DNA of 63,830 nucleotides, filler included, from Octopus bimaculoides (GCF_001194135.2; 6 parts of 6 records of this genome joined end to end with filler, not necessarily neighbours in it); one strand, 5' to 3'. Counted from the whole stretch's first letter, positions 50,734 to 63,830 are shown. Numbers and translations are program-made. The notes: a model not told the origin generated them from the letters alone.

Positions 50734-51707
50734 GGATCTTTGTGATTTTCGTCACGATTTACAATTTTGTTCCAATTGTTTTCAAATTTGGTATATGGAT
50801 TAAGTTTTGTATACTAATTATGAAAATGAAATTCATTTTTCGTATAAATCCACTATTAAAAAGTTATTAGCCATTAACATTTGCCAAATTTGGGTATTTT
50901 AGCCAATCAGAAGCGAGTATTTTACACGCCACCGTGTTGAAAAACTCAATGTCCATAGTAACCAAAGATGCTGTGCGTGCGCCCAAGGAATGTAACCACC
51001 AAATTGCGAGTAATCAACAAATTGAGAGTACATGGGCATCTTTAAAGCGTGGAAACAAACGCTGGTGTGGGATGCACCATTCCATGGTTGACTCTTATCA
51101 TTGTGGAGGAGATATGACTCTTATATATGTGGAGAAGGAGATATAAGAATGATAATTTATTTTATAAAATCCTAGAGTGTAATACAAACTTTCGTTTTTG
51201 AGCTTTTTAACTAATACATTTTTGTTTTAAGCAACGTTTTGAATGTTATTTCTTGCAACTCCTGTTGGTTTGTTCGTACCTTTTAAATATTTAATTTTCT
51301 CACGAATCTTTTAATGTTAACTTTGCTCGTGTATATTTTAATGTTTTAACTCTTATTTCCAGCAACTCTTGTTGGTTTGTTTGTAGCTTTTAAATATTTA
51401 ATTTGCGCGCGAATCTTTTAATATTTTTCACTGTTTACTCTAGCTAGATTAATGTTTTGACATGCCGATTCCCCTACCCCACCCCACCCCACCCCTGATG
51501 ATGGAAGAAGCAGCAAACGCACTGTTTTCTGATTGGCTGAAAATTCTGAAAATTATCAAACTTTGAACATCTGTAACATTTCTGCAAAATTTTTCTGGAA
51601 TAAATGAATAATAAATTCGAGTCCAGTGTCATAAACGACATCTATACGACACATTAAAAAAAATTTTTTAAGATAATTGTAAACAGTGACGAAAGCCACA
51701 AAGATCC
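50734..51707 (+). mobile_element. Merlin-superfamily non-autonomous DNA transposon, intact ends
   Basis: 33-bp TIRs starting GGATC (29/33 identical), perfect 8-bp TSD CCTGATTA (50726-33 and 51708-15), internal IESTWASLKRGNKRWCGMHHSMVDSY (IS1595/Merlin transposase C-terminal motif), and an internal diverged direct repeat (~51245-51425). Confidence 0.85.
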
Positions 51708-52280
51708 CCTGATTAATTTTAACTTTAATAACTCAATAAGGACATACAATGGCGATAAAACAACCAACATAAGAAAAAATAGTGTTACAAAACTAATCAA
51801 CATTAACAAAGATACACGGCGATGAATTATGGATCTCGCTTATTGTACATGTTTTCCTGCAGGTGCCGCCGAATTTTATAAGATAAAGCGAAATATTTAC
51901 GGTGTCTTTCTCATTCATTGGTCTCGAAGATCCTGCGAAAGCTATAGACACTTACCCCTTTTTACTTCACGACCCGGCAAGTAAAAGCAAAATTTATTAT
52001 TCAACTCAAATACAATTTTCATGATTTGATACAAAACAAAAGCGATATATAAACCTTCATATTATATTGTATAGTTACCTTTCTTTAAAGTTTGTGGTTT
52101 TGAATGTGTAAATGCTTAGTGTCTTTGAACTGCTAGTTATTGGATTATATGAATTCATGTTTACTATTGCTCTAGTGTATTGCGATATTTTATAACTATT
52201 TTTGTTTTCTCCTTAAATTAGGGAAGATTTGTCATTTATATCTGATTTCCATTCAGCTGAGCGGTAGAAACTGAAAAATA

Positions 52281-53380
52281 CTGGGTCATCCCATAAATAA
52301 TGTAGTTTTTTCAATTGCATGAACTAAAAGTCGGATGGGGACGAGATAAACTACCTGCATCAACTTGCTTTAAAAACAGGTAGTAATTTTACCTTGTCTT
52401 TATTCTTAGTGCAAGTTATGAAGAGTGCAATTCGATTTTAACAGTTATTTTTTTAAAGCTATGATAGAAGTGACAAAGGAGCATATTCGGCATATTTTGC
52501 TGTATAAGTTCAATAAAGGTAACAATGCAGCGGAAAGTGCGAGGAATATTAATGCAGTATATCATGATCGGACAATAAAAGCGTAAGCCAGATTCAACGG
52601 TGGTTCCAGAAATTCCGAGCCGGAAACTACAGCCTAGAAGACGAGCCTCGTCCTGGAACATCTGTAGAGCTCGACGTCCTGCTAACCCTGCTGGAACAAA
52701 ATCCCATCGTAACTGTTGAGGAACTAGCAGTGAAGCTTGGATCTGGTCATTCAACCATTCATCGATACCAGCGCTTGAAGTAAAACGACCATCTTTGGTT
52801 TCAAGACGAAAGGTGTTCTTCCATCAAGATGATGCTCGGCCACATTTTTGTTGTTGGCACTCCGTCGCTTACGACGTCGAGGGTTCCAGTTGATCCGATC
52901 AACGGAACAGCCTGCTCGTGAAATTAACGTGCAAGTGGCTGAGCACTCCACAGACACGTGTACCCTTAACGTAGTTCTCGGGGATATTCAGCGTGACACA
53001 GTGTGACAAGGCTGACCCTTTGAATTACAGGCACTTCGGCCACATACAGCAAGGATAACATTCCAAAGGCTGGAGCTGTTTGAATGGCAAATGATGCTCC
53101 ACCCACCATATTCGCTGGATATTGCCCCATCTGATTATAATTTATTCCGCAGTCTTGAAAATCATTTGGACAGAAAAAATATGAATTCTGTAGACAAAGT
53201 CAGAACGGTACTGAAGAGGTATTTCTTGTCACAGACAAGTGAATTTTGGAAGAGGGACCTTGCAAGTCTACCAGATAGATGGAAGAGCATAGTAGAAAAT
53301 GAAGAAAAGTATATTTTAGATTAAAAAAGTACTTTGTTTATCTTAATTTTGGAAAATAAAGAAGTATTGGGATGATCCAA
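52281..53380 (+). mobile_element. Mariner transposon, internally deleted and interrupted by a SINE
   Basis: TA-flanked TIRs (C/T)TGG(G/A)TCATCCCA; EVTKEHIRHILLYKFNKG...QRWFQKFRAGNYSLEDEPRPG; HQDDARPH; HPPYSLDIAPSDYNLF...WKSIVENEEKYILD*. Confidence 0.92.
52846..53035 (-). mobile_element. 5'-truncated SINE/retroposon with (CAA)n-A tail inserted in the mariner
   Basis: Flanked by a 10-bp TSD TCGGCCACAT (52836-45, 53036-45). Confidence 0.85.
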
Positions 53381-54175
53381 TACTTGTGCAAACATTACTT
53401 CATTTATTTGTCTTTCTGTAGCCATTATTCTATGCAGGATATTTTAAAACTGTAATCATTTTTAAAACAAAAAGCGAAGTAATTCACATATAAAATTCCC
53501 AACAAAACGGTCTTTTAGAATCGCGCTGAACTGTTTTCCCATATTTTTTTTAAACATGAGAGTGAATAATGTATTTTTTTTAAAAAAAAGGTGTTCCCAT
53601 GTTTTACGATTTGCTGATTTTAACTTTGATCTGTTGTTAAATTTGTTTCTATTTCTTCGATTTAAAAAAATATATTATTGTGTATTACGTAGATATAAAG
53701 TAAATTTCGCTGCATTTCTTTTCTTTTTTCTGTATTCCATAAGAAATAATGATCATTATAGCTAAACATTGAGAAAGTGCGCCCTGCTCTGCAATCAATA
53801 TTTTGGGTTTAACTTACTCTTTCTTCTTACTGTGATCGTTAAGTACCAAGCAAGTATTGCTGTCGTTGAAATCGATTATACCTTCTATTCTATAAATTTG
53901 CCATTTTATTTCATAGCAATATATACACAGAGAAGGCGTTGAGGTGGCAGAATCGTTAGTACGCCGGGCAAAATGCTTAGTGGCATTTCTGAAACAAATA
54001 AAAGAATAAAATGTAACATTTGGTTTACGTTCTAAGTTCAAATTCCGCCGAAGTCAACTTTGCCTTTCATCCTTTCGGGGGCCGATAAAATAAGTACCCG
54101 TTGAGCAATGCGGGTGATGTAATCGACTTACACTCCTCCCTGAAATTGCTGACCCTGTGCCAAAATTTGAAACCA

Positions 54176-54245
<70 letters not shown>

Positions 54246-55779
54246 CTTGGATACAAACAACGAAAACATTTTATAGGTCACCGACTAAGACAGTTGTTGA
54301 CGAGAATCCAACCAAAGAATATATTAACGAACTAATTATTGACGTCGAACGACGAAGTTTCGCACTTATATATCCTCTTCGCAAAAAGAAATAAATGTTA
54401 TTTTGTAACCCACATTTTCTTTGCTTTCCAAATACTTTTTCTTTTCTTTTGTAAAAATATTATTGTAGCAAAGTTTATTTTCTTTTTTATCTCACTTGCA
54501 AATACTAAATTTGTCTTTGAGAAAAGATATTACTAAACATTATTGTCTCTAACAATAAAAAAGTAACGTTTTACCTTATTGGCAAATACTTGGTTGATAC
54601 TTCAAGCAAAAATATTTTGCCACCTCATCTGCTAATTTTTAATTCTTTTTGTAAAAATTATTTTCCGTTATGTTAAATATTATTATCTCTAACATTATGT
54701 ATTAAACATAACTATCTCTTTTTGTTACGTAATGTTATAACATAACTTCTCTTGTTCTTCCGCGCTGATTTTCTTGTATTGTTTATTGTGCATAAATACA
54801 ATCTTCATCTGGTGATGAAGATTAAATTTGAAAGAATTTATTTCGAGTTGTCGTTAGAGGGTTGAAAAACTCTTTCTTAAGATTTTATTCATTTTTGCTG
54901 TTTTACATATATCGACTGATACAGCTGATTATGTTTAACTAAGCTCGTGAAGTTTTTAGAAATTTTCCTGCATGTGCCCGTCAAGCGCCATTTTTCCTCT
55001 TCGTCACTGGAGTCCTCCAGCTATCAGTTCTTGCTTTCCAATTATCACTCTGCCAGACATTATATACAATATAAAACAGTCATCGTAATTTAACGTTCAA
55101 ATACTCAGAATTTAATTTTTATAATTTTAGTGGAATAATAATAAAAGATATAATGAACAATGAATATTGTAATAGCAAAAATATTTAAAATAATCTAGCT
55201 AAAATAGGCGCAGGAGTGGCTGCGTGGTAAGTAGCTTGCTTACAACTTCCGGTAAGAACATTGAACAAGGCGGTCGAGATTTTTTAGCTCTCCCGAAGAA
55301 GTGAATTATGAAGAAGTCGACCGAGGTAGGTGGAGTTGTTTTTTTGAGCTAGGCATAATTTATTGTGTTTCATTTGTTTCAGTAAATTTAGCCTAGCTCT
55401 GGGCAATTTCTTCTGCCACGGCGATTGTAGTTGTTGCTCATTTTAGTGAGCAAATTGTGTTTCTTGTTCGTCTTTATTGGTAGGCGTGTTCGACTCACCA
55501 TGACGGCGGACTGAGAATTTTTGTAAAAAACTTTTTGTGTCTCACTTAATTGCGAGAACTGTTGTTTTTGTGAGCGTAACTCGCCTCCGAAAAACTTGCG
55601 AAGAATTTTAACAATTTGTGAAGGATTTTTTTGTGTTCCTGTTGCTGTGGCCCTGGATTACCTTTACTGGAATACATCNNNNNNNNNNNNNNNNNNNNNN
55701 NNNNNNNNNNNNNNNNNNNNNNTTAATTAATTAANNNNNNNNNNNNNNNNNNNNNNNNNNNNNNNNNNNNNNNNNNNNT

Positions 55780-56135
55780 ATGAGTGATTCAGTGGCTGAG
55801 GGAGATTAGTAAGGTGTGTAGAGAGGAATGAGAGGAGAAGGAGGGGAATTTGGGGAGCGGCATGAGAGTTTAGGTGTTCCGAGGACTGGCGTTGGAGTTT
55901 GCGTTTGTTTGAAGAGGCGATTATAGATCTCAAATTAGGTGTGATGGAGTAGATTTTCACGGATGATTTGTTAAAGATGGGATAGTATTTATGCTGTGGT
56001 GGAAAATTAGATTTAAGATTTTAAAGAAGAGATTTAACTTGGAGAGAAAATCTCCTACACCAGGAAAGTTTTTGAAGATCTATTCCACCACGCCTAACTT
56101 GGTATCCATAGTCGCGTCCCCAAACAAAGGGAAGA
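55780..56135. mobile_element. Two PLE linker fragments in inverted orientation
   Basis: Minus: FPPQHKYYPIFNKSSVKIYSITPNLRSIIASSNK. Plus: KIYSTTPNLVSIVASPNK. Confidence 0.6.
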
Positions 56136-56571
56136 GAAAGTGCATTGTTATGTCTCTGTCGAAAATTGGAAAACACACATATACTATGAATATGCTAGAA
56201 AATGTGTCTTTATATTTAGAGATACATGATGAGGGGGGAGGTGAACTAAAATCTAGGAAAATTTGCGAAAAAAACCCAAACAATCTATCAAAATTTAACC
56301 AAATACTTTTTCTTATTACAAGTTTCCTAAACAACACATATTCTTGTATCTGGAAAATACAGGTATACTATAAATATACCAAAGTGAAACGATATTATCA
56401 TAGAAGCAGTAAGGTACAAGGAGGTTTAATTTTCCATAATAGCTTGATGAATATATTTTCCTGCCTCACACACACACACACACACACACATACATATATA
56501 CATATGTATATATTAAGTATATATATATATTTATATATGTATATACAAACATATATATGTATGTATGTATG

Positions 56572-56610
<39 letters not shown>

Positions 56611-57439
56611 ATGTCTAATGAGTCCTCTATATCCCCAAGAATTTCATTTTTATCCCACTTGGGGTAATTTACCCCGATTCGCAGACCTCTGGTCTATTAG
56701 GTACGTCTAATTGTACACACACACACACGTGTGTGTGTTTGAGGGAGGAGATTTTGCGTGTGTGTGTGTGTATGTATAAAAAGCAGTGACATAAATATAC
56801 CAGAAAACGATAGTATGAGTGGGTCATGAACTTATATTTAGTGGGTATTACCTAGTAGACAAATGAACTAATTTACCGCATAAGTGTCAAATTATATTAA
56901 AATGTCATTAAATAGGAAGACATATTGTATGGCTTTGTCGCCACGGGATTTCCCAGTTTGCTCAAGTCAGCAGAGGCAGTAAAAGTCTGGCCGTCATAAC
57001 AGTTCTCCCGTTCCGCTGTGGTAGTCTCCTCATCTGGGATGCAACATGCTGCGATACCTTCTCCATCGGAAACCTGATGCGTTGGGCTGCCATCCAAGAC
57101 TTTGGTTTTTTAGAGTTCACTCAATTTCATGAGTTCACTAGATTTTAGTTCACCCCGCCTCCATTATAATCGTGTGTTTCTCGATATAAAGACACGTTTT
57201 CAAGTATATCTATAGTATATATGAGTTTTCTAATCTTCAGTTGATGACCTCATTGAATGCATTGATAACAAAAGACATTACAATGCACTTTCTATTCCTA
57301 TATTCACCACTCCCCCCCCCCCTTATGCTGTCTTTTACCGTGGACTCTTCGCTTTTTTTCTCTGTTTCACTTTGTTTCTTTACTCACACACATCCCAAGT
57401 TTTGGAATCTGATGATACATTGTAAAGCTAAGTGCGTTA

Positions 57440-58796
57440 TGGATGTGAAACTCAAGGTAATCCCATAAGCCAGCCTTATCTAACTTAATATATATTGCTC
57501 TCTAACTTAGAATGTGCTTCTTCTTTCGGATTTATGTTTTTACAGACAATCCATTTCACTCCTTGGCCAGAGTGCTTTACGTGGTTTGTGTTAAGTAGCT
57601 GACCAGTCAGCCGCGCTTATACATATTTACGGAAGCCACTTAGTCTCTCATTAATAACCTGCAGCTTTTCTTTCAAAATCTTATGTAACTTAAAGGCTCT
57701 GGGTTTTCCGAATGATAAACGAGTAGCGGCTTAATCTTGCAGTCGCCGCTTACATTGGCACACATTCCGAGAGTTAGCCTACCTTTCATGAGTTTGTAAC
57801 CTGGCATCCTCTTCTCCTCTGCCATTATATAAGTCCTCCTAGGCATCTTCCAAATAGTCCTGTCTCGTTACAGTTGAAGAATTGCTGGGGTTTGTATCCT
57901 TCGGCTGCTCTCGCTGCCTCACCATGCCTAACAAGAGAGTAAATGCCTGTCCTCAAAAAAAAAAAAAAAAATTAAAAGACTAGCTTTAACGGTTCACCAG
58001 ATTCCTCTCGTCTGTGCAAGTGCCTTGGGTCTGTTGCAGCAAATCAGCGTAAATAGCTCGTGCCTTCCCGCAGATTATAGCCTCCTTGACAGCATCTCCT
58101 GCGAGCTGCTTCTCCGTCAACCAAACCACCAGCAGCTTTTCCATATTTCCATTGAGAGATGTTCGGTGTTTAGAAATTTCTTTAACCCCCTTGGCTGGCG
58201 TTACAGCCTTTATCGACTCCTACTTCAGAATGGTGCAGATCATAGAAGTGCTACACTCGTACTGCTTCGCTAAGTTGACTACACGCACACCTTGGACATG
58301 TTTTTTGATAATTTTTTTAAAAATTCAATGCACATCATCCGATTCTTCTCAACACTGTCCTTCGCACTCACTTTCTGCAGACCAATGGTTGGAAAAACTA
58401 AGTGTTGCAAACTACTGCAAGCACAATTCCGAGCACACCATTGATGTTTCAGGAGACTGCAACTACTAAGTAAGCATTTTACCACCCGTCTAGCTATCGA
58501 TCCAGTAACGATCTTCGCACTTGCTAATACGCATGTCAGTCTAGCCATCGGTCTAATTGTGATTTTCGTATTTGCTAACGTGCATACATGTCTAACTATC
58601 GAATGAGACACAGGATGCTAGACGGATGTTACAGCATTTGCTTTGGCGTTTGCTACGCCAACTAGCGGTGGGGTATCTGAAACTGACTCGTAACCCGAAT
58701 TTTAGCTCGCAACTCAATGCAAAAAAATGGGCCGTGAGACGGCTCGCATCTCGAAAAATTCGTTAGTTGGGACACTCGTAAGTCAAGGTACCACTG
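57440..58796 (-). mobile_element. Tigger/pogo transposon, 3'-truncated
   Basis: TA+CAGTGGTACCTTGACTTACGAG TIR at 58796; MEKLLVVWLTEKQLAGD..EAIICGKAR; WKMPRRTY; RLTL..CANVSGDCKIKPLLVYHSENPRAFK. Confidence 0.88.
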
Positions 58797-59528
58797 TATT
58801 TGATAAGAGATCAGGAAACCAGTAATTTGAGCTGGTCAGTTTTCCTCTCTCCACCGTGCAGTCAGAATTTCCACCTGTTCAATCGATTTTCGGGAGAACG
58901 ATTTGATGAGACAGGCAAGGTAAAATTGCCGCGAAGAAGTGGACATTAAGTGCATTGTAAAAACTAACACTTCTTACCTCCAAGCTTAGATTTGAAACCG
59001 AGCCAAAGGATTCTCCCTCGTCTGAGCCACCACGAAGGAACAGGCGCGAAAGAAAGTTTCTTTGTCAAGTCAAAAAATGATAAATCATCTTTTGACCTAC
59101 GACCTCAGCCATGCCAGGCGAAGTTCAAATAGACAGAAGCTGACCTATTGAGACACAATCTCTCCTGCAGTATGTCTGTCCTTCTAGCTGCTACGGCTGT
59201 TGTAAATACTGTGGTCAGTAAAGGGACAGGCAGAGAGAATCAGAAAGGCTCTGGATGAAGATACAACACACAAGATAGCCTACTACTTTCTCAGATGAAC
59301 GACGCAGACACAGACACAGAACATATTCAGTTCTAACACATCCCATCCACCGATGTACCCTGTTTTTATTCCTCTCAACTCGTAGCAGTTGACGACAAAT
59401 ACATGTAGAGAAGAATTGTGTATACCAACAGCAAATGCAAGTCCAGTAAATAAATTATTTAAACTATAAATGGAAGTCATTCAATTATGCACTTCGAAGG
59501 CATCCACATGCCTATCGTATCTGTTTAC

Positions 59529-59629
59529 CTCAATACTTTCTGATACACCTTTAACCACTACAGCATGCTCAAAGTTTTCCGTTGAAGTTACAAGAGTTAC
59601 AAGTTTAAAAAATAGTACAGATAGATCAC
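59529..59629 (-). CDS. Candidate internal exon (x-DLSVLFFKLVTLVTSTENFEHAVVVKGVSESIE)
   Basis: Acceptor ttctgtcacag, 101 nt open, donor GAG|GTAAAC. The opposite strand is also open, so this is ambiguous. Confidence 0.3.
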
Positions 59630-61428
59630 CTGTGACAGAAGCAATGCTGAATAATACATTTGTTGCAAAAGAAGTTGTAGCGTATCTCTCTCTCTCTCTC
59701 TCTCTCTTTGTTATATATACATGAGTGCGGACGTAGTGGTTAACAGCTTGCCTTCGGCCGTACTTTTAGCCCCTGTTTTATCCACCACACTGATTAGTTG
59801 GTATTGGCGCATTTTCTTCTAACGTCCTCTTCTATGCTCTGTATTTCTCTTACACACATACATCTATGTTTGTATACACATACACTTTGTTTGCATGACA
59901 GTCTGTCTGTTACTGTGCTTATTATGTCGCACTCACACACACACAGACATACAAGTTGACACATCACTAAAACCTTCTCTTAAACCCACTACCGGTTGTG
60001 TCTCTCTTTTCCTTTTTGGCACTTATTCTCATTTAACATCTTTTCGTGTTTTTTTATTTGTGTCGGCCGTGCGATGCGCTAAAGGAGCCATTCCTCCTCG
60101 CCATCTCCTGGTCGCACGGTCGTTGCAAAGTGTTATTTTACAAGCGTTGTGTAATTTGAATGATCTGTGTCAGGTCACTAGAAGCCCACTTTTGCCCTAC
60201 ATTCAGAATTTCAGAGCAAACTTTGTTGATATGTGTATGAGTGTGTGTGTGCATATCCATTCTTTTATTCTTTTATTTGGTTCAGTCATTTGACTTAGCC
60301 CATGCTGGAGCACCACCTTTTAGTCGAACAAATCGACGCCGGACTTAAATTTTAAGCCTGCTACTTATTCCGTCAGTCGCTTTTGCTTTTGCTGAACCGC
60401 TATTATACGAGGGCATAAACACACCAGCACCGGTTGTCAAGGGGTGATGGGGGACGAACACCGGCACACATAGATACACACAGACACACAGACACACACA
60501 TATATGTATGTATGTATATACATACGCGTACAGATACACTTATACATTCAGAGAGAGAGAGCGAGAGAGAGAGAGAGAGCTAGAGAGAGAGAGAGAGCGA
60601 GAGAGAGAGAGAGAGAGAGAGTGTGTGTAAAGTATATAGAACCACCGCCCTGACAACAATAAAGAAAAAAGCAGCAGCGACCATAAACAAGCGTGTCTTT
60701 GCCTCCCCCCATCTTTCACTCACTACTATCAGCTTTCCTTTTCAACTTCTTACTTCATGACTTACAAAGTAACCTTATAAATTTCCCATTCGAGTTGATA
60801 GGTGGAGATGCGAACATACGTTCTGACACAACGTTAAGAGAACTCACTAATGTATTAGATCTAAGGTTTTTACCTTGAAGAAAACCAGTTTCCAGTCACC
60901 GTAGAACATTTCCTGGACTCCAGCACCAAGGTAACTTTCGATAAGACTCCTTTTAGCCCCTCTAATTTTAAGCAAAATATTTTGTGATGATTTTCACGGC
61001 TGTCGGCCCTTCCTAATATATTCACGTATGTGTACATAAATATACTTTCTTGAAAAGCAGCGGGTGATTTTTCTGCTGCTTTTCAATAAAGCATATTACT
61101 CTGGTATTCGAGTACGATTTTTTCCACCTTGTTTCGCATTTATGTGCTTACTTCGGTATATGTATATATATTCTTTTGTTTCAGTCATTTGACTGCGGCC
61201 ATGCTGGAGCACCACCTTTAGACAAACAAATCGACCCCAGACCTTATCCTTTGTAAGCCTAATACTTATTCTAACGGTCTCTTATGCCGAACTGCTAAGT
61301 TACAGGGACGTAAACACACCAACATCGGTTGTCGAGCGATGATGGGTGAGGGAACAAAACACAGACACAAATAATAAACGCACACATACATACATACATA
61401 CATGCATACATACATACATACATGCATG

Positions 61429-61489
<61 letters not shown>

Positions 61490-61580
61490 GGGAGAATATA
61501 CAAAAAATAACAACAGACGAGGACAGGTGGTGTAAATAACAAAAGTATATATTAGTATGACGCTCGGGAATACGGAAAGT

Positions 61581-61615
61581 CTTTGACGTTTCGAGCTACG
61601 CTCTTCAACAGAAAG
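61581..61615 (-). ncRNA. Minimal hammerhead-like motif with A6U core
   Basis: CUUU-CUGUUGA-A-GAGC(GUA)GCUC-GAAAC-GUC-AAAG. Confidence 0.6.
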
Positions 61616-63830
61616 AATACGGAGACAAGGAGAAAAACACGGAGAAAAAAAATTGAATAGTGTTCAGTCAACGGTCAATCATAATAAATANNNNNNNNNN
61701 NNNNNNNNNNNNNNNNNNNNNNNNNNNNNNNNNNTTAATTAATTAANNNNNNNNNNNNNNNNNNNNNNNNNNNNNNNNNNNNNNNNNNNNGTGAAAACAG
61801 TTGTGGAAGTCAGATGACCAGCGGATCTTAACATAAACCCAATGATCAGCGAAAAACAAAATAAATACCTAGACTGAACTCTTGAGAAATCTATTTACTC
61901 TATCCAGATTACATTTTCACGTGTAAATCCGAACTTGTAATCTGTAATTATTGGAGCTTTGGATTATAAAAGGGACTGCCTAATCTTGAGAAATTAGACT
62001 TCTCAAAACCAGACAGGAGAAAGCCGGTACGAATACTACAGATTTAAGCGATCACTCGATCTGTTCAATTGTAAGTCATTCCAGAAATATATCATTTCGA
62101 TATACTTACAACTAGACACGCAGCTATATACATTTAAATACACACATAAAGCAAAATTTGCAAATATGTACATACAGTGACTTGAAATACTGCCCACCCA
62201 CAAACATACATGTAAAAATTCGTTGTTAATGTTGAAATTACAATGAAAAAGCCTTGAATCTAGGTTAGAAGTCACCTGACCCTCCATTGACCGAAGATCT
62301 TGAAATAAAACTAAATAATCCCACACATGCATACATATATATATTCATACATTCTAGTATGAACGTATTCATACAAGCCTGTATTCACGTCATATGTACG
62401 TATTCGATCGTTGTAATTGTTATAATTAAAATTTTCGACTGTTATCTTCAGATGCGATGTAAAATTTCCATTAGTCACTTACGCACTTACAGACATCTTC
62501 TGTATTTCCGACCCGTCTTCCACTCCACTCTGCCACCACTGTCAACATGTCCAGCCTTGAAGAAGTTTGTCGATGGTTGTTGACAGGAAAGGCATCCATG
62601 TGTAGAATATCTGGACAATGAACTCCTTTCGATCGACGCAATATGAACTGACGGACGTAACAATGTTGATCATGATGATCATGATAGAGATGATGATCAT
62701 GATAATGATGATGAGGATGGCGGAATTTTATTCTGCCAGTTGTTCGAGTCCAAAGCCTGCCAGTTTGTTGTGGCCCAAATTTTAAAGGTTTTACTCAATA
62801 AAGTGAATCCCGTAAGAGTTTGAAGCATACTACTTATTCAACGTTTACATTTTACAGAACGGCTAGCTTACAACTATACATACGTCCATCCCTCGCGCCA
62901 TCCACCAACCCATCCATCCATCCATCCATCCACTTATAAACACAGCAAGCTTACATTTATATGTAGATACCAGTGGTGGAGGCGTGGGTGTTGCCGAACT
63001 TGCCCGGGCAGCACCCTTTCTACTTTAGCCGACACCAAAGAATGTCGGGACCGATGTTTTTCAGAGCTTAACTGTTTCATATACATCTGGTCTCCTACAA
63101 CACACTTAGAATACGTTAAAATGAGTCCCTTTGTTACGAATTGCAATTACCAACTTATATAGTATTTTTTCAAAACTCTTGAGCAATACTACCTCCAAAA
63201 AAATTCCTGGGTCCCCTTGTATATCACGTAGGTGGAGTTGTACCTTATCCTGCACGTCCATTCTTCCTTCGTTGTAGGACCATCAGTAAATTGAATGGCA
63301 AATGTGGTCATCTTAAAGAGATATCGGTGCATCCTTAGATTTTAGTGATAGACACCTGTACCATACGAGTACCACTCTGAGTCTCTGTGATTAGAACCTA
63401 ATGGCTGACCGAAGAGAGAGGAACTTTAATCACGTCAAACAGCAGGTTTTCCATCAGAAGGTATCTCTGATGCAACCAAAGAATTCTTCAATTTTATGTC
63501 ATGTCGTGACACCAAGGAAGGTTGTTTCAGCATCTCCGTGCTCAGATACTTTGTCATCACATATATTAGTTAACTTGTAGTTGGGCACTGACATTTTCTA
63601 CTACTCAGGATCAGAGAAGACCGGGGGACGATAGTGGCTACCATGTGATTCCAGATTCCACAAACCCTGGAACTCCCGAACGAAAGACCCTAATCCTGGA
63701 TGCAGTTTGAGTTTATAGCCAGCACATAGAACTAGGTATATGGTCATTCATACCTACATACATACATACATACACACATAGTACATACATACATAATACA
63801 TACATGAATACATACATATATTTATACATG

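Noticed and set aside
51863-52268. Two possible plus-strand exons (51863-51980, ~52221-52265)
   Set aside because: Phases are compatible but donors are weak and the peptide looks random; no support without RNA data.
1-63830. CRISPR arrays, rRNA, prokaryotic or horizontally acquired genes
   Set aside because: No repeat-spacer array, rRNA-like sequence or operon-like region was seen; the content is typical animal repeat DNA.

Overview
AT-rich, microsatellite-dense animal genomic DNA, most likely from a coleoid cephalopod such as an octopus (inferred from the repeat families, not proven). Five identical 100-bp spacers (N44-TTAATTAATTAA-N44) split it into six separately assembled pieces, so adjacency across them is not evidence of linkage. 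There is no complete protein-coding gene and no CRISPR, rRNA or true tRNA gene. The window is mostly decayed mobile elements: a Mag/K02A2.6-type Ty3/Gypsy element with a tRNA-Ser(GCU) PBS, two hATs, a mosaic Helitron, mariner, a maT-like Tc1/mariner, Tigger, a Merlin-derived element with intact TSD, CR1, RTE, RTE-BovB and R4/Dong LINEs, several Penelope-like element (PLE) lineages, and at least four SINE families. The most interesting signals are: (1) an intronless, disabled FBXW5 fragment fused to the 5' side of a Helitron that retains a canonical 3' hairpin-CTAG end (candidate gene capture); (2) minimal hammerhead-ribozyme-like motifs with intact helices, one with a canonical core and several with non-canonical cores; (3) a 3' tail with a compensatorily changed stem-loop shared by a CR1 LINE and the dominant SINE; (4) orphan exons, including a signal-peptide exon and a six-Cys terminal exon. 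All assignments come from reading and translating the sequence by eye; no database search or folding program was run.
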